From Octopus sinensis (lineage: Eukaryota): a DNA stretch of 64,000 nt. The notes below the pieces were generated by a model. The model was not told the origin of the DNA. It worked only from the letters and a program-made list of their open reading frames with translations, and did not search any database. Numbering within the stretch: position 1 is the stretch's first letter; each line of letters starts with the position of its first letter. Where the stretch lies: contig NC_043015.1 of the NCBI RefSeq assembly GCF_006345805.1, positions 6,014,001 through 6,078,000 of the forward strand, given 5' to 3'. Shown in pieces: positions 27,679-43,484 of this stretch. The position numbers and the translations under genes are program-made.

Positions 27679-28591
27679 GAGGGCATTATACATACATGCC
27701 AGAGAGCATTATACATACATGCCACACGCTAAGAGGGACAATTAGTCATTTCTACCAAAAATATTACTAATCCCACCGAATGCAATTTTTCAAAATAAGA
27801 CATTTAAAAAATATAGACCTGTATCACAGTGATTTCATACTTACGTATTCATCAGCAGGCCTGAATGTATCATAAATAAACGACCCTGCCCCGCTTAAGC
27901 CGATCAGCTAACTGATCAACATCAACGAAGCACATGGGTGAGTTTACATATATTACATCCTGTAAATGGCATATTTTTACGAATTGCATTTGCTCCAACT
28001 CGGCCAGCCCCAAGAAAAAAAAACTAAGCTGTAAGCATTAGATTTCTTGGTAGAAGACAGGAATGTGAACGCACAAGACGGATGTGAATACAGGAGACGA
28101 AAACGAAATTGAAAACAGTAATGAAAAACAAAATATATATAACGGTGGTTGTCATACGACTTTAGACCAAATGAGACAAAAACAACAACAACAACATAGC
28201 TGGCGTAGAAATAATTACCGTTTCGGTAGCGGGGACACATGTTGGTCGAGATACGAAGGCCAACAGAATGGTTTAAGAAGCAGCAGGTCGCAGGAGAGAG
28301 AGGGAATCAAAGAGGGTGGAAGGCAGGGGACAGAATCAGTGACCAAGAGAAAAGGAGAAAGAAGGGATTAAGGAGGATGGGAGGAAGAGGGGAGGAGGAT
28401 GGGTGGAAGAGAGGGGAAGAATCGGAGGGCGCCAAAAAGTTTGGTGAAGAAGCAATGGCGGGTAGGAAAGACAGTGTGTATAGAAGTCGTGCAGGGTTTA
28501 AAATTGGACAAACAAACGGGGGGGTGTGCACGTAACGCCGCAATAATATAAGAATGAATGTTTTTATATATAATGAACGTGAAATACAGGA

Positions 28592-29002
28592 AGGGACGTG
28601 TGGCTGTGTGGTAAGTAGGCAGAGGAGTAGCTCTGTGGTAACATGCTTACCAACCACTTGGTTCCGGGGCAAGTGTCTTCTACTATAGCTTCAGGCCGAC
28701 GAAAAACTTGTGAGTGGATTTGGTAAACGGAAACTGAAAGAAGCATCTCGTATATATGTATATATATATATATATGTATGAATGTTTGTGTCTTTGTGCT
28801 TGTCCCTTTAACATCGCTTGACAACCAGTGGTGGTGTGTTTACGTCCCCCGTAACTTAGCGGTTCGGGAAAAGATAACGATAGAATAAGTACTAGACTTA
28901 CAAAGAAGAGGTCCAGGGGTCGATTTGCTTGACTAAAGGCGGTGCACCAGCATGTCGCAGTCAAATGACTGAAACAATTAAAATAGTAGAAGAGTAAAGA
29001 GT
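28592..29002 (+). mobile_element. tRNA-derived SINE, family B; its 3' half recurs at 29927-30153
   Basis: Head GTGGCTGTGTGGTAAGTAG, body GGGCAAGTGTCTTCTACTATAGC, internal (TA)n, GTTTACGTCCCCGTAACTTAGCGGTTCGG, and tail GAAGAGTAAAGAGT. Confidence 0.88.
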
Positions 29003-29652
29003 ATATACACACACACACACACACACACACATGTGTGTGTTTGTGCGTGTGTGTGCGTCTGTGCATCCGTTGATTTACTCTGTCACAACATAGAGTCTCT
29101 GGATATAAGCGCCAGCAATATATATCTATAAATCCGATACAAACACTAAAAGATCGAACCAAGCTATAAACACCTAACAGTGGCGGAATGAATTACCAGT
29201 TTCCTACGAATAAATGATTGCTACACAACATGTATAGAAGAATTATCTATTCTTCGTTTATGAACTCAGTTTCTCTCTCCGAACAAGATGACATAGAATT
29301 TGCCAAAATAGAGATATAATAGTTGAGAATGGATGTACATTGTCATACTCAATGTCTGGGATTACTGGTGCTTGAACGTTGTCTTTAGCAATGAAGCAGA
29401 AACCGACTTACTTTAGTAACAGGCGTTACGATGCTAACTATGAGTCTTCATCAAAGAGATTCACCGGAGCATGAAATATACACGAAGCCAATATACAAGA
29501 GGAAAGCGGAAACTGACAATGAGCGTATGTGTTAGTATATGTGTGTTTGTTGTTTTTTGTTTGTGTATCTGCGAGCGTATACAGGTGTATGTATGTATAT
29601 GTGTGTAGGCTTGTGTGTGAGTGTAAGTTCGTAAGCATATGTACGTGGGTGT

Positions 29653-29728
<76 letters not shown>

Positions 29729-30799
29729 ATTTAGGAATGATCATTTTGCCAGTTTAGCCAATAAAAATATATAAATACGCACGCATACACACACGCACAC
29801 ATACACACACACACTTGGTTATACATATATATGTTTGTGTGACTATAAAGAATCACAGACATAATTATATCTGTGAGTGTCTGTCTATACACACGCACAC
29901 GCGCTCACGTATATATATATATATATGTATGAATGTTTGTGTCTTTGTGCTTGTCCCTTTAACATCGCTTGACAACCAGTGGTGGTGTGTTTACGTCCCC
30001 CGTAACTTAGCGGTTCGGGAAAAGATAACGATAGAATAAGTACTAGACTTACAAAGAAGAGGTCCAGGGGTCGATTTGCTTGACTAAAGGCGGTGCACCA
30101 GCATGTCGCAGTCAAATGACTGAAACAATTAAAATAGTAGAAGAGTAAAGAGTATATACACACACACACACACACACACATGTGTGTGTTTGTGCGTGTG
30201 TGTGCGTCTGTGCATCCGTTGATTTACTCTGTCACAACATAGAGTCTCTGGATATAAGCGCCAGCAATATATATCTATAAATCCGATACAAACACTAAAA
30301 GATCGAACCAAGCTATAAACACCTAACAGTGGCGGAATGAATTACCAGTTTCCTACGAATAAATGATTGCTACACAACATGTATAGAAGAATTATCTATT
30401 CTTCGTTTATGAACTCAGTTTCTCTCCGAACAAGATGACATAGAATTTGCCAAAATAGAGATATAATAGTTGAGAATGGATGTACATTGTCATACTCAAT
30501 GTCTGGGATTACTGGTGCTTGAACGTTGTCTTTAGCAATGAAGCAGAAACCGACTTACTTTAGTAACAGGCGTTACGATGCTAACTATGAGTCTTCATCA
30601 AAGAGATTCACCGGAGCATGAAATATACACGAAGCCAATATACAAGAGGAAAGCGGAAACTGACAATGAGCGTATGTGTTAGTATATGTGTGTTTGTTGT
30701 TTTTTGTTTGTGTATCTGCGAGCGTATACAGGTGTATGTATGTATATGTGTGTAGGCTTGTGTGTGAGTGTAAGTTCGTAAGCATATGTACGTGGGTGT

Positions 30800-30850
<51 letters not shown>

Positions 30851-30923
30851 ATATAATATATATATATATATGTTGTTGTATTTAGGAATGATCATTTTGC
30901 CAGTTTAGCCAATAAAAATATAT

Positions 30924-31829
<906 letters not shown>

Positions 31830-32523
31830 TGCTTGTGTATGCCTATGTACCTATGTTTATATTTGTAAGGAAATTTAATTACATCCGAATATTTTAGTAA
31901 TCTGTTAGATTTCCCGAATGATATTTGAAACCGTTCATTGTTAGAAATTTCTTTCCATAGATGTTGATTATACGTCTGAAATAACGTTTAATTAGGAAAA
32001 GAGTAATTATACTTGTATTTACGAAATATCAACCAAATTTACAAAGTTGAGTGTCATATGAAAACTTTAACATATTTAGTTACACCATAGTCTGATATGT
32101 GTTGTCAAGACAGATAATGAATCTATGACAGTTGTGAAGAATAAGGTGTATTAAATGGTACAAATATTGTGGACGTTTCTCTAATCAGTGCGAATTTATA
32201 CTACATCAGTTTAGACGTAGATTTCCGTTTGTTTTTGTTAGAGGAGCACTAGACAAACCATGGGTAATCTTGGTCGAGAATATATCACACACGCACACAC
32301 AGACTTGGGCGCACGCACATACCCACACATACACAGACATATCTCCTTCTCTTGCACTATCCTCTCCCTGAAAGAACTTTTTCTTCACCCGTTCCCTTCC
32401 GGTCATTTCAATATGTGACCGCGTGTGTATCGTTGGCAATTTTCTTTCTCCGGAAAATGGAAATTTTACCGGTGAGAACACACGACCTCACATAAAGAAT
32501 CTTGCAAACCAAATCCGAAAACG

Positions 32524-32590
<67 letters not shown>

Positions 32591-32711
32591 AGTATTGATG
32601 GATGGGTGAATGGATGGATGGCAGGATAATTGTATGTGTGTGTGTCGGAAATTTGTCGTCTTGTGCCAAAAGTTAGAGCAATTATTTTCATTATCATTAA
32701 CCAGAAAGAAA

Positions 32712-33660
32712 GGTAGTGAGGTTGCAGAATCCCTAACGCATCGGACGAAATGCTTAGCTGTATTTCGTCTGTCTTTACGTTCTGCGTTTAGATCCACCGA
32801 AGTCGACTCTGCTTTTCATCCCTTCGATGTTGATTAAAATAAGCACCTGACTTACATCCATAACCACTAATTTCAGGCATTGTGCCGATAAAAGGCAGGA
32901 TTACTTTCAGTTTCCATCGTTAGCGTAGTGGAGGAGATGCATAGTGGTATTTCGTCTGTCTCTACGTGCTGTGTTCAAATCCTTCGAGGTCGACTTGGCC
33001 TTTCTTCCTTTCGGAGTCGATAAAAATATGTCCAAGTTAAGTACTGGGGTCGATATAATCGACTTTCCTCTTGCTGCCTCCAAACTGGTAGCCCTGAGCC
33101 AAATTTTGAAACTGAAAGTTTTGAAGATTTGCTACCGTATTGAACAAAATGATTGGCAATATATCTTCCGTTATGATCTGAGTTCAAATTCTAATGAAGT
33201 CAACTTTGCCTCTTATCATTTAGGTGTCAATGGAATAAGAACCAGTCTCAGGTTGATATATTCAACCGGCTCTCTAACTTCCAAATTTCAAGCCTCGTGC
33301 CTATATTAGAACATAACATTATCATTATTAAGAAGAAGGCGAGCTTTCATCCATTCTGAGTTCACATTCCGCCGAGGTCGACCTCTTTCGTCCTTTCGGG
33401 ATCGATAAAGTAACTACCTATTGAACACTGGAGTCGATGTGATCGACTTAAGCCCTAGCCCCAAATTTCATGCTTTGTACTTTTAGTAGAACGGATTATT
33501 ATTATTACTAGTATAAGTTGGCGAGCTGGCAGAATCGCTAGCACGCCGGCAAAATGCTTCGGGTCGATAAATTAGGTACCATTGAAACACTGGGGTACAT
33601 GTAATAGTCTAGTCCTCTCCCCTGATAATTTCAAGCCTTGTGCCTTTAGTACAAAGTATT
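32712..33660 (+). mobile_element. Cluster of about five degenerate family A SINE copies
   Basis: Recurrent GTATTTCGTCTGTCT...GAGGTCGAC...TTTCATCC...GGGGTCGAT motifs separated by (ATT)n-like tails. Confidence 0.8.
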
Positions 33661-33669
33661 ATTATTACT

Positions 33670-33988
33670 GAGGAAGCGTAATGGCCCGGTTGTTATGGTT
33701 GCGAACTCGCGGTTGTAGGATCACGGTTTCGATTCCCAGACCGGGCGTTGTGAGTGTGTATTGAGCGAAAACATCTAAAGCTCCACGATCCTCCGGCAGC
33801 GAGTAGTGTCAATCCCTGCTGTACTCTTTCGCCACAATTTTCTCTCAATCTTTCTTCTGTTGTCCTGCTCGCTTAGCCAGCGAGGTGGCGTCATTTGAAG
33901 GCTAAAACAATGCGAAGCGCATTGTGACAATCGATTTGTGGTAACATCTGGTAGCCTGGTCGGTCACGGTGATCACGGTGACGGTGAT
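33670..33988 (+). mobile_element. tRNA-derived SINE, family C, tail type II
   Basis: Colinear with 19286-19567. Confidence 0.9.
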
Positions 33989-36059
33989 TATTATTACTAT
34001 TATTGGTATTATTTCCGTGTTCAGATATAGAATTATGTTATAATTTAGTTGTACATCCTATCAATTTGTTTTGCCTGACTTCGAAATGAAATCGTGTGAC
34101 AATATAATACATTATCAACAAAATTAAGTATGACCATTTGATCTTTTGAGATATTTACTAATATTAAACTAATATTATTGAGTTTAGTATAGTATTATGT
34201 GTCGTCGTGAATATTGTTACAGCTGCTTTGAAATCAATACATATTCGGTTTAATGTTTTTGTTTGCAGTAGAAAAAACAGAGAGAAAACAATGATATGCA
34301 GAAGTAAATTCATTTTAATTCCAAACTCACTGTGAATATTGAATTACATCAAAAGACAGTTAATATTCATTTGGAAGACAACGGTTGCAAAACTAGTCAT
34401 AATTTATCGATTATCTTTTTTTAAGTGGTGTAAACAAACTTGCGTCGGATTGTTATGGATCACGTGACGACTGGATAATTAGCCTTACAGGTTAATGAGT
34501 GCTTTCATCGTGTAAACTTTAAAACCGACATACAAAATGGACATTTGTTTTGTTTCTCTCTCATTGTGCAAAAGAATAACAATGTTAGTAGCTCCCCGAA
34601 AAACTACAAAAACAAATTAAATATATTATAGAAAAAAACTACTATGTATCTTATTATGATTCAAATAATATGATTAACATTAAACACACATATACGTGCT
34701 TTTCTCTATCTCTCTTTCTCTCTCCTTTCTTCTTCCTTCTCTCTCTCTCTATGTGTGTGTGTATGTGTGAGTATGTGTGTATGTATGTATGTGTGCGTGA
34801 GAGAGAGAGAGAGAGAGAGATGTAGACGGAGCGGGAACGTAGATAGGCAGAGAAAAAGAGAGGAAGGTTACATGAGGTCAAATTTTGTTGAGGTCAGGAG
34901 ACAGGTTAAACGCGATATAATAGTGAAAATTTCTGTATGTGAACTACAAATAAGTGATATTATGCCTGCGCTAGATGTGTTATATGAACTTTGCATGATA
35001 ACTGGAACATTTTAGTTTAATGTTTATGTAAAACAAATGTCTTTCGAATGTTTTTCTTTCATTTTCATAGAATCACATAATGACTAAACATTGATTGTGT
35101 CATCTAAATTGCAATGCTGAATATAATTAGATATATATCATGGCCACAACTAATATAAAACTGATTTAATTACTAGTATTATGTACAAAGCGTGCAACAA
35201 TAGCACTGATAGGAATTGAACCTCTATTGTGCAGTTTCGCAGGCGTCCACGTAACCAGTTCTACTATCAAAATGTATTCAATCCTACCTCCTAAATTAAG
35301 AAATAATTTCCTTTGTGTAACTCTTATATTTTACTGTCACAAACGTTTAACTTATCGCACATAAACTTATCAACTGGTTAGCGCTAACCAAACATTATTT
35401 CTATTCAAATATCTATCAAAAACACCTACTTAGGTTCATTTGACACCATCCTCTGAGGATAGAAACATAACTTTGAGTAGTCGCCACTGCCATGTTGAAG
35501 CTCGCAGGATATATATATAACTAGAACGGCCGTCTCTTCAGGTCAGCCACTAAGTGTCTCGGATCTTTCAGAACAGCCAACAGATTTTTAGCTTATAGTC
35601 ACTCACTGTTTTCACACACGTACACACATTCCCACAGCCATAAAGTTATTTCGTAGCACTATCTAGTAAACCAGATAGAAGGCTTGGATCTCAAGACAGA
35701 CTCGGCCGTTGTTATTACTCTCATAAGATGCTATAACGCGTATCTTAACTCCGGAAATACTCACGAATGTCCCAAATATTGTGGGACTTCGACTCACATT
35801 TTGGGACGAGAATTAACTTAGTCAAAATAAATTAATAGCATGTAATGTATTTATATCTTAATGTCATTATGTGTCATAATCACCAATTAAAAAGACAGAA
35901 CATATTCATGAAACTGTAGCCTTGTTGTTGGTGTGTACTTTTTCTAGTTGCTCCTTACAATGTACGTTAATGAATAAACTTTTATGTGGATGGCCCAAGC
36001 AATTCTACGTCAAATTAGTAATACAGAATGTTAGCTAACAATAATAAGAAGAAAAAGAA

Positions 36060-36232
36060 TAAGTATCCTTTGTACTGTAAGCCTGAAACTGTGGGTGAGG
36101 GCACAAGTCGATTACATCGACTTCAGTGTTTCACTGCAACTTAATTTATCAGTCCTGAGAGGATGAAAGGGGAAGTAGATCTTGGCGGAATTTGAACTCA
36201 GAATGAAAAGAAGAAATGCCGCTAAGCAATTT
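36060..36232 (-). mobile_element. Family A SINE, 5'-truncated
   Basis: AAGTCGATTACATCGAC...GGATGAAAGG...GGCGGAATTTGAACTCAGAA is the reverse complement of the family A core. Confidence 0.8.
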
Positions 36233-36299
36233 ACCTCTATCTACCTATTTATCTATCTATCCCCCCCTCCTCTCTCTCTCTCTCTCTGTATATATATTA

Positions 36300-36345
<46 letters not shown>

Positions 36346-36346
<1 letters not shown>

Positions 36347-36610
36347 CATGTAATATGTGTAATTATTCGGTAGCCATGATAACACTGCCTTATATATATC
36401 TTCTTGAGCACCACCAGCTCAAATATTTTTTCTTCTGTCTTCCCTTCTTGGGATCTTTCCTTCTCCTTGTTTCCGACGAAGAGCCCGCTCGAAACGTTAA
36501 ACCCTCCTTCCCTTCTTTCCTGAGCGTCAATAATACTTTAATTGTTCCACGTCCTGCGTTGCTGTGTTTTTTTCTCTTTTTTTTCTGTGTTTTCTTGTTT
36601 GGATTAACTA
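36346..36610 (+). mobile_element. Small (~265 bp) non-coding hammerhead-bearing element embedded in (TA)n
   Basis: A pyrimidine-rich block with (TA)n on both sides and a hammerhead at 36469-36502. Confidence 0.7.
36469..36502 (+). ncRNA. Minimal type I hammerhead ribozyme motif
   Basis: GTTT-CCGACGA-A-GAGC-CC-GCTC-GAAACGTT-AAAC. Stem I is GTTT/AAAC, stem II is GAGC/GCTC, and stem III is the palindromic ACGT. The core has U4C and the predicted cleavage triplet is GUU. Confidence 0.7.
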
Positions 36611-36611
36611 T

Positions 36612-36822
<211 letters not shown>

Positions 36823-37109
36823 TGGTGAGTGCACAGATACACTTAGATGGTCTCTTAACCCCTAACTCATACAGACATATATATACATATATACATATAT
36901 ATTCCTGTGCACGTTTAATAACAGTAAATATGGGATGAGTAACGGATGACATGGTCGTTGCTAACTCCAGTTTCAGGCTGGTATGCTTTATGTTCGTGTG
37001 ATCCAGCAAGTTATCAGCCCCGTTCAAAAATTTATGTACGTGGATTTCAATTGATTGTGAGGAAGCACTACATTGTTTTAACACAAAAAGGACGAAATGT
37101 TACTATAAC

Positions 37110-37184
37110 CCGCGATGCAACAATTTTACGATGTGCTTAAATTCAACCGCGATGCAATGATGTTTACGATGTGCTTAAATTCAA
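37110..37184. repeat. Two-copy ~37-bp tandem duplication
   Basis: CGCGATGCAA...TTTACGATGTGCTTAAATTCAA occurs twice. Confidence 0.85.
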
Positions 37185-37935
37185 TAACTCTCAGTGTTAC
37201 AAAAATGACAATTTTGCCTTTATTGTAAAATAAATAAAATATTTACGTATCTAACTCTCTATAGTTCTGTTTTACACCACATGATCAACTCAGCAGTTAA
37301 TTTCATATTATGATAAAATTAACAGAAATTTCATTTCTTTGTTTGGAGATTTTCTTTGTATGTAATGAAATATCAAACAATTTTTTTTTTAAGTATAGTG
37401 CGCCTATTGCTATTTACTTTATTGCAATTCTACACAAAATCTATGGAAAAATATTTTAAAATATATAAAGACATGTGAAGTTTTCAACAAATGTATTTCG
37501 TACCGTTTACTTGCAACCAATTTCGTTACTACAATTGCAAATAACATGCATTTTGATTACCATTTTTCTACAGATTCAATAATAAAATTGCTGGAAACAT
37601 TTCCATTCTAATTTTTCAAACTATTTCATTCAACCTGATAATTAGAGGAACTTTAATTGACAACAAAACCATCGCTTTGCACAACATAAATAACAGAAAT
37701 TTTGGTTTATTAGAGTATAATTAAGATTGTCTGATAATTGCACAGAATGCTATTACCTAAATTACACCTCTTATTGCAATGATTATATTCAAAGAAAGAG
37801 CCATGAAAAAGTAAACAATATGGAAGGCAAACATTAATTAAGAATGCTTATATGCAAAGAAGTGTATGCACCAAAAGAATAGAAAATGTGTGTCTATTTT
37901 GTGTGGGTGTGTATTTATAATATATTTCCATTAAT

Positions 37936-37977
<42 letters not shown>

Positions 37978-38992
37978 GTATAAAAAAATTACATTGTAAT
38001 GTTTTCAAAGAATATACATTTTCTCTTCGTAATGAGTATTTTCTTAAATTAAATTCTCCGTTTTCTGTTCTATCGGCATTTTTTCCCCAATAAATGATGT
38101 GTCAGTTCCGTTTTCTTAAGTGTTCTTTAATGCTATAATTTCAAAGCAATAAAACACATATCTAATGATGATGAGAATAATAATGATGAAGTTGAAAATG
38201 TTGATGGGTACAAAGAGGATAATCATACGTAAAACTGATTTTTAAGAAAAATTACGTCTAAAATCCAACATTGAAATACGATCGAGTAAGCAAAATTTAT
38301 CTTAAATTTCCCTGAACCGCACAAGTAGAATGCTATTAGTCTTTTACAGTAGATATTACATTTGCTTGTATTTTATCCTTTTCCTTTATTTTCTTTTTCT
38401 TACATATTTGATTTAATATTTTATTCCAATTACACATAGTTTTCAAGGAAAGACTTTCAATAAGTCCAAGTAATTATAAATATAAGACTAAAGCTGTCGC
38501 TGGTTAGCTCCATGAGGCCACCGCCTCAAGCTAGCTATTTGAAACACGAACCTGCGTCCATTAAATATACTAGTATGGCGATAACTATTAATTTCCAGTA
38601 ACGCTGCCGTAATCTCCTTTAGAGAGACTTAGTAATTTTAATATTTCTATCAAGTAATTATATTTAATACGAAATTTAAAGGAGCGCCAGGAAATATATA
38701 AATATTACACTGGACAACAAAGATTTTGCTACTGGGGTAATGAATGTGTTTCAGACTAAATTGAGTATGCTGATTCCCAATTTGTAATCAGAATTGTTCT
38801 AGCCCGTCAGGATTTTCAGCTATGCGAATGCGCAAGATTATGACAATACTTTCGGCTAGATATAGGCAGTATTGTAAAATTTGCTAAAGTGAAAACGGTT
38901 TTAATTCAAAATGAAAGAAATAAGAACAATAAAACAAACGATGTGAAAGTTCATTATTTAGTTTTGCAATAGATGGCGCTGATGTATTATGT

Positions 38993-39223
38993 ATTTCTTT
39001 AGTGCCCACAAGGGGCTAAACATAGAGAGGACAAACAAGGACAGACAAAGGAATTAAGTCGATTACATCGACTCCAGTGGGAAACTGGTACTTTATTTAT
39101 CGACACCGAAAGGATGAAAGGCAAAGTCGACCTCGGCGGAATTTGAACTCAGAACGTAACGACAGACGAAATACGGCTACGCATTTCGCCCGGCGTGCTA
39201 ACGTTTCTGCCAGCTCGCCGCCC
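38993..39223 (-). mobile_element. Family A SINE, head plus one unit
   Basis: Reverse complement of the first unit of the 51794-52570 array, from GGGCGGCGAGCTGGCAGAAACGTTAGC to GGCACTAAAGAAATA. Confidence 0.92.
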
Positions 39224-39519
39224 TATTTTTTTATTATTTTTTTTTTTTTTGATGTATTATGATGTATTATGTTCTTGGTAAATCTCAGTGTCGCTTGCAC
39301 TGCCGTTACGTGCGGCATGTGTATCTCGCGCTTTGCGTGATTACTGTTTTAACTGTGCTACAGCAATTCCAAGTTCAGATTCGAAATCAGCTTACTGGAT
39401 TTAGTTTAGTACAGCACCATTTGTCTGCGTAGAAAATAATTTTATTTTTTATTTTTTTGCCCAGTGAAACCAAATTAAATGAGTTTCCTATATAAACAAG
39501 AAATATGAGGTGCCGAGTT

Positions 39520-40090
39520 GCATTTTTTCTGATTCGTTACACTCTGATTTCAAATATCGCCAAGATCAGCTTCTCTGCGTCAATATAATAAACTACCATG
39601 AACTAGTGAGGTCAATGTAAACGAGGAAATCTCAACTCTAAAATTCTGGCCTAGTGATAAAAGGGAGTACTATACGTAAGAAAATAGAATCATTAGAATA
39701 TTTTTGTTAAAGGCGGCTAGCTGTGAGAATCGTAATACTTAGCAGCATTTCGTCCGTCCCTACGTTCTAAGTTTAAAATCCGCTGAGGTCGACTTGCCTT
39801 TCCTCCTTTCAGGATCAATAAAATTAGCATTAATTACGCACTTGAGTCGATATAATCGACTAGACCCATTCTCGCAAAGTCACGAGAGGAGTGCCTACGG
39901 TAGTAACGATTATACTATTCTTTAGAAGGTGGCTAGATAGCAGACCCTTCACTGTTAGAATGTTTTGGGATATTTGCACCAACATTCTGCGTTTTGTGTT
40001 CCTATTTCGAATAGGTTAACTTTGCCTGTCACGATTTTTGGGCTTGATAATGCTCTAAACGTAACCAGTTATGGTAGGTGGCGAACTTGA
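39520..40090 (+). mobile_element. Degenerate family A SINE copies (about three)
   Basis: GGCGGCTAGCTG...CATTTCGTCCGTCCCTACGTTCTAAGTTTAAAATCCGCTGAGGTCGACTTGCCTTTCCTCC, plus more eroded flanking copies. Confidence 0.65.
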
Positions 40091-40784
40091 AATATTAGCT
40101 GATTGAGTTGAGTGAGGTGTTTTGTGTTCTGATGCAACGCTGACAACTACATTGCTAGAAAGCGATATCGGCACAAGTCGGCTATCTCTTTAAGAGATAA
40201 ATAAGGGAAGTGTGAAAAGAGAAAATTTGCATACACGATCAACTAAAACACATATGCGGGGGACTGCACATCTATATGGCTTGCAGCTTTGTAAACCCTG
40301 ACTAGAATTTCCCTACATATTACCTTTAACGATAATACCTATAACACGATAGAATATAAATGGTATAAGCATTATATTCCGAAAAATATTATTCCAGATA
40401 ACTACGGATACAAACTAAAGATTTGAGGTGAGATTTGAATAGAAACAATTGTTGCTAACAGAACACCAAATCAGAATGAATATATTCGTACAAACATCTT
40501 TTGACAGACATTATTTAAAATATAACAAAAGAATCGTAGAGCCTCGGGAAGGATAATGACAAAACAAAACGAGAGCTGTATAATCACAATTGCTGCAACA
40601 CTCATAGCAAATAGTTGCATATTGTAAAATGATATAAAATGCTACTAGATAACACTCGAATTAAGAATGAATAAGCGACAAAATATATTTGAAGAATAAT
40701 CGTTAACTATGTTTGTTTTTCAAGGTTATATGTACGTAAATATATACGTACATGTATATACACATATACATATACATACATGTA

Positions 40785-40854
<70 letters not shown>

Positions 40855-40976
40855 CATACATATATTTGCATATATACATATATGCATGCAGATATATACC
40901 TAAATGTATATATGCATATATGTGTATATTTATAATATGAATATATAGATATATATTATATATATGTATATTATAT

Positions 40977-41047
<71 letters not shown>

Positions 41048-41587
41048 TATATATAATATATATCTATATATTATATATATATATATATATAATATATATA
41101 TATCTATATATATATATAATTATATATATACACACACGTACAGAGAAATAGATAGAGGGAGTGGGAAAGGCAAGCATTGAAAGTGAGAATATATATAAAC
41201 TGGAGGAGTATATCTTTGTGTATACATATTTAACCGACTTCTTGGACATAATATTTTCCAATAAAATCGATGAATTTATTTTCGGACAGGTTTTTTTTTT
41301 TCGTTATCAACATTTCTTTTCTTTACAACCGTTTTCTGCCTATTAAACACGTATATGTATATTTAAGTCTCGAGTTCGTGCCAAACAAGATTATCGCAAA
41401 TAAAGGAAACGTGTCTCTAAAAATGAAATACTGAATCTAAAATTTCGAGAAAATCTTCTTGTTATTTATTGCTAATCCCAGCATCCACGCACACACATAC
41501 ACACACACACACACACCACACACAGATACTCGCATGCGTATACACATACGCACTCACATATGTATGTGTTTACATATATTTATAATA

Positions 41588-41633
<46 letters not shown>

Positions 41634-43484
41634 AGAGAGAGAGAGAGGAGAGAGAGATTCATAAATACGTTTATGAAATATATATGTATATGTAAATATA
41701 TGTATGTATATACATATATATATAATATATATATATAATATATATATTATAATATATTATATATCTATATATATATATGCGTGATCATTCTGGAAAATAA
41801 TTAAGAATAGGATTTTAAGAGGTGTTAACAAGTTAACAAGTTAGTTTTAAATAATCTTTTCTCTTTTTTTATTTTTTTCACTTTTTCTAAGTAAAAATAT
41901 CGGAAGTGTACACTACAATTCCATCACATTCCTTTACCGAAACTATCATCTATATATATTGGCAAATTTACTTCCAAAGTAACCAAAAAACTACAATGTG
42001 CTTCTACAGTCTTCTGATAATAGTAAATGTGTGAAAAAATATCCTTGTTTTCTGCTACCAGAAATGCACGTTCTTTGTATTAACCATTGTATGTGAATTT
42101 GTATGGGAACTTGGGAGTGCAGAAACTATAAATAAGCGCGTCTGAAGTCCTAATATATGCAGTCATAAGTGTAGAGAAACAAATGCATTCCGTGAACTAT
42201 CATAGACTGAGGAGCTGTTAGACTAAATGTCTGACGGTATTTACTAAGAGAAATTCTTCGTTCGGTGTTCGAAACCTATCAAGCTCATCTTAGTAATATC
42301 TACTTTCCGCTTTAATAACATAAATACTTAATCATGTACTGGGATTGATGGTAGTAAATAAATTCTTGCATAAAAACTAATGGCCTTGTAACTAAATTAG
42401 AAATTCTTTTAAGAGAAACACTAGGTTTCTGTTGCCGTTTGACCTGAAAGAAATAGCAGCTAAAATCTTACCGTCTTCTCTTAAAAGGAAAACTATACAC
42501 GAAGGTTAATTCCTTAACATACAGAATATAATATAACATACAGAACATGATATATTGAATACTAGCTTACACAATCGGTTCTTAACTAGTAAAACTACAA
42601 AGCTGAAGGTAAATACAGATACGGTAATAAGAATATCAGGTAGATGAGTAGTAGTATTAACATTAGTATTAGTAATAAAATTTGAAAAATTAAAACTGGG
42701 TTATGTTCTAATACAATCTTTGACTGAAAATATTCATAGGTTTAACTGTAGACGAGCTAAACCCAGTGGGACGAAACTTATGCTGATGTTATGAATATGC
42801 TTACTATTTGATATGATGACAATTCAATCTGGATCGATTGAATATAAAACCCAGACTGGACATAGAACTTTGTCCTGTTTCGCTGTCTCTGTGCACTTTT
42901 ATTTCACAGAACTACTGAAATAAGATTACTGATGCTGCAATAATAATCGTGGTGGAGAGGACAGTGAAAGAGAGATTAAAAGAATTTCAGTAGGAAGAAA
43001 AACATTAACGAAGTAAATAAAAGAATGTTTAGACATCAGCCAAAGTGATGGCTTTTCAGGCAAGCAGAAAATCTAGGTGAAAGTAGGAAGTGGGTTCAGC
43101 TGAAAGATGCAGGAATAATGAAATCAATAAGAACCTACAGTATTGTTTACAATTAGCAAGAGACTTGAAATGTTCTTATCAAATACGAGATAGTTGGAAG
43201 TCAGTACGAAAATGTTACATGTCTTGCGTAGAGAAGATAACAATCATTTGCTATGTTAACAAAGTAAATTAAAACTAAAAGTTTACAAAAAAAAGAGGTG
43301 CTTATTGTTTTACTCTTTTACAGATAACTTTGTGTCTTTTACAGGGTTTAGTTACTTGGATAAGATCATAACTATGGTGGTGTCATCAAGGATTTTATAT
43401 TCGATCATATCAGCCACAGGACTATCTGTAAAATGTTGATTCCGTTTTATACTTATTTTCTTTTAAACACATCATTGGGCATTG

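Noticed and set aside
28084-28672. Overlapping ORFs in a GA-rich segment
   Set aside because: Purine/pyrimidine bias explains the open frames, and there is no recognisable domain. ACCGTTTCGGT near 28220 lacks a hammerhead core partner.
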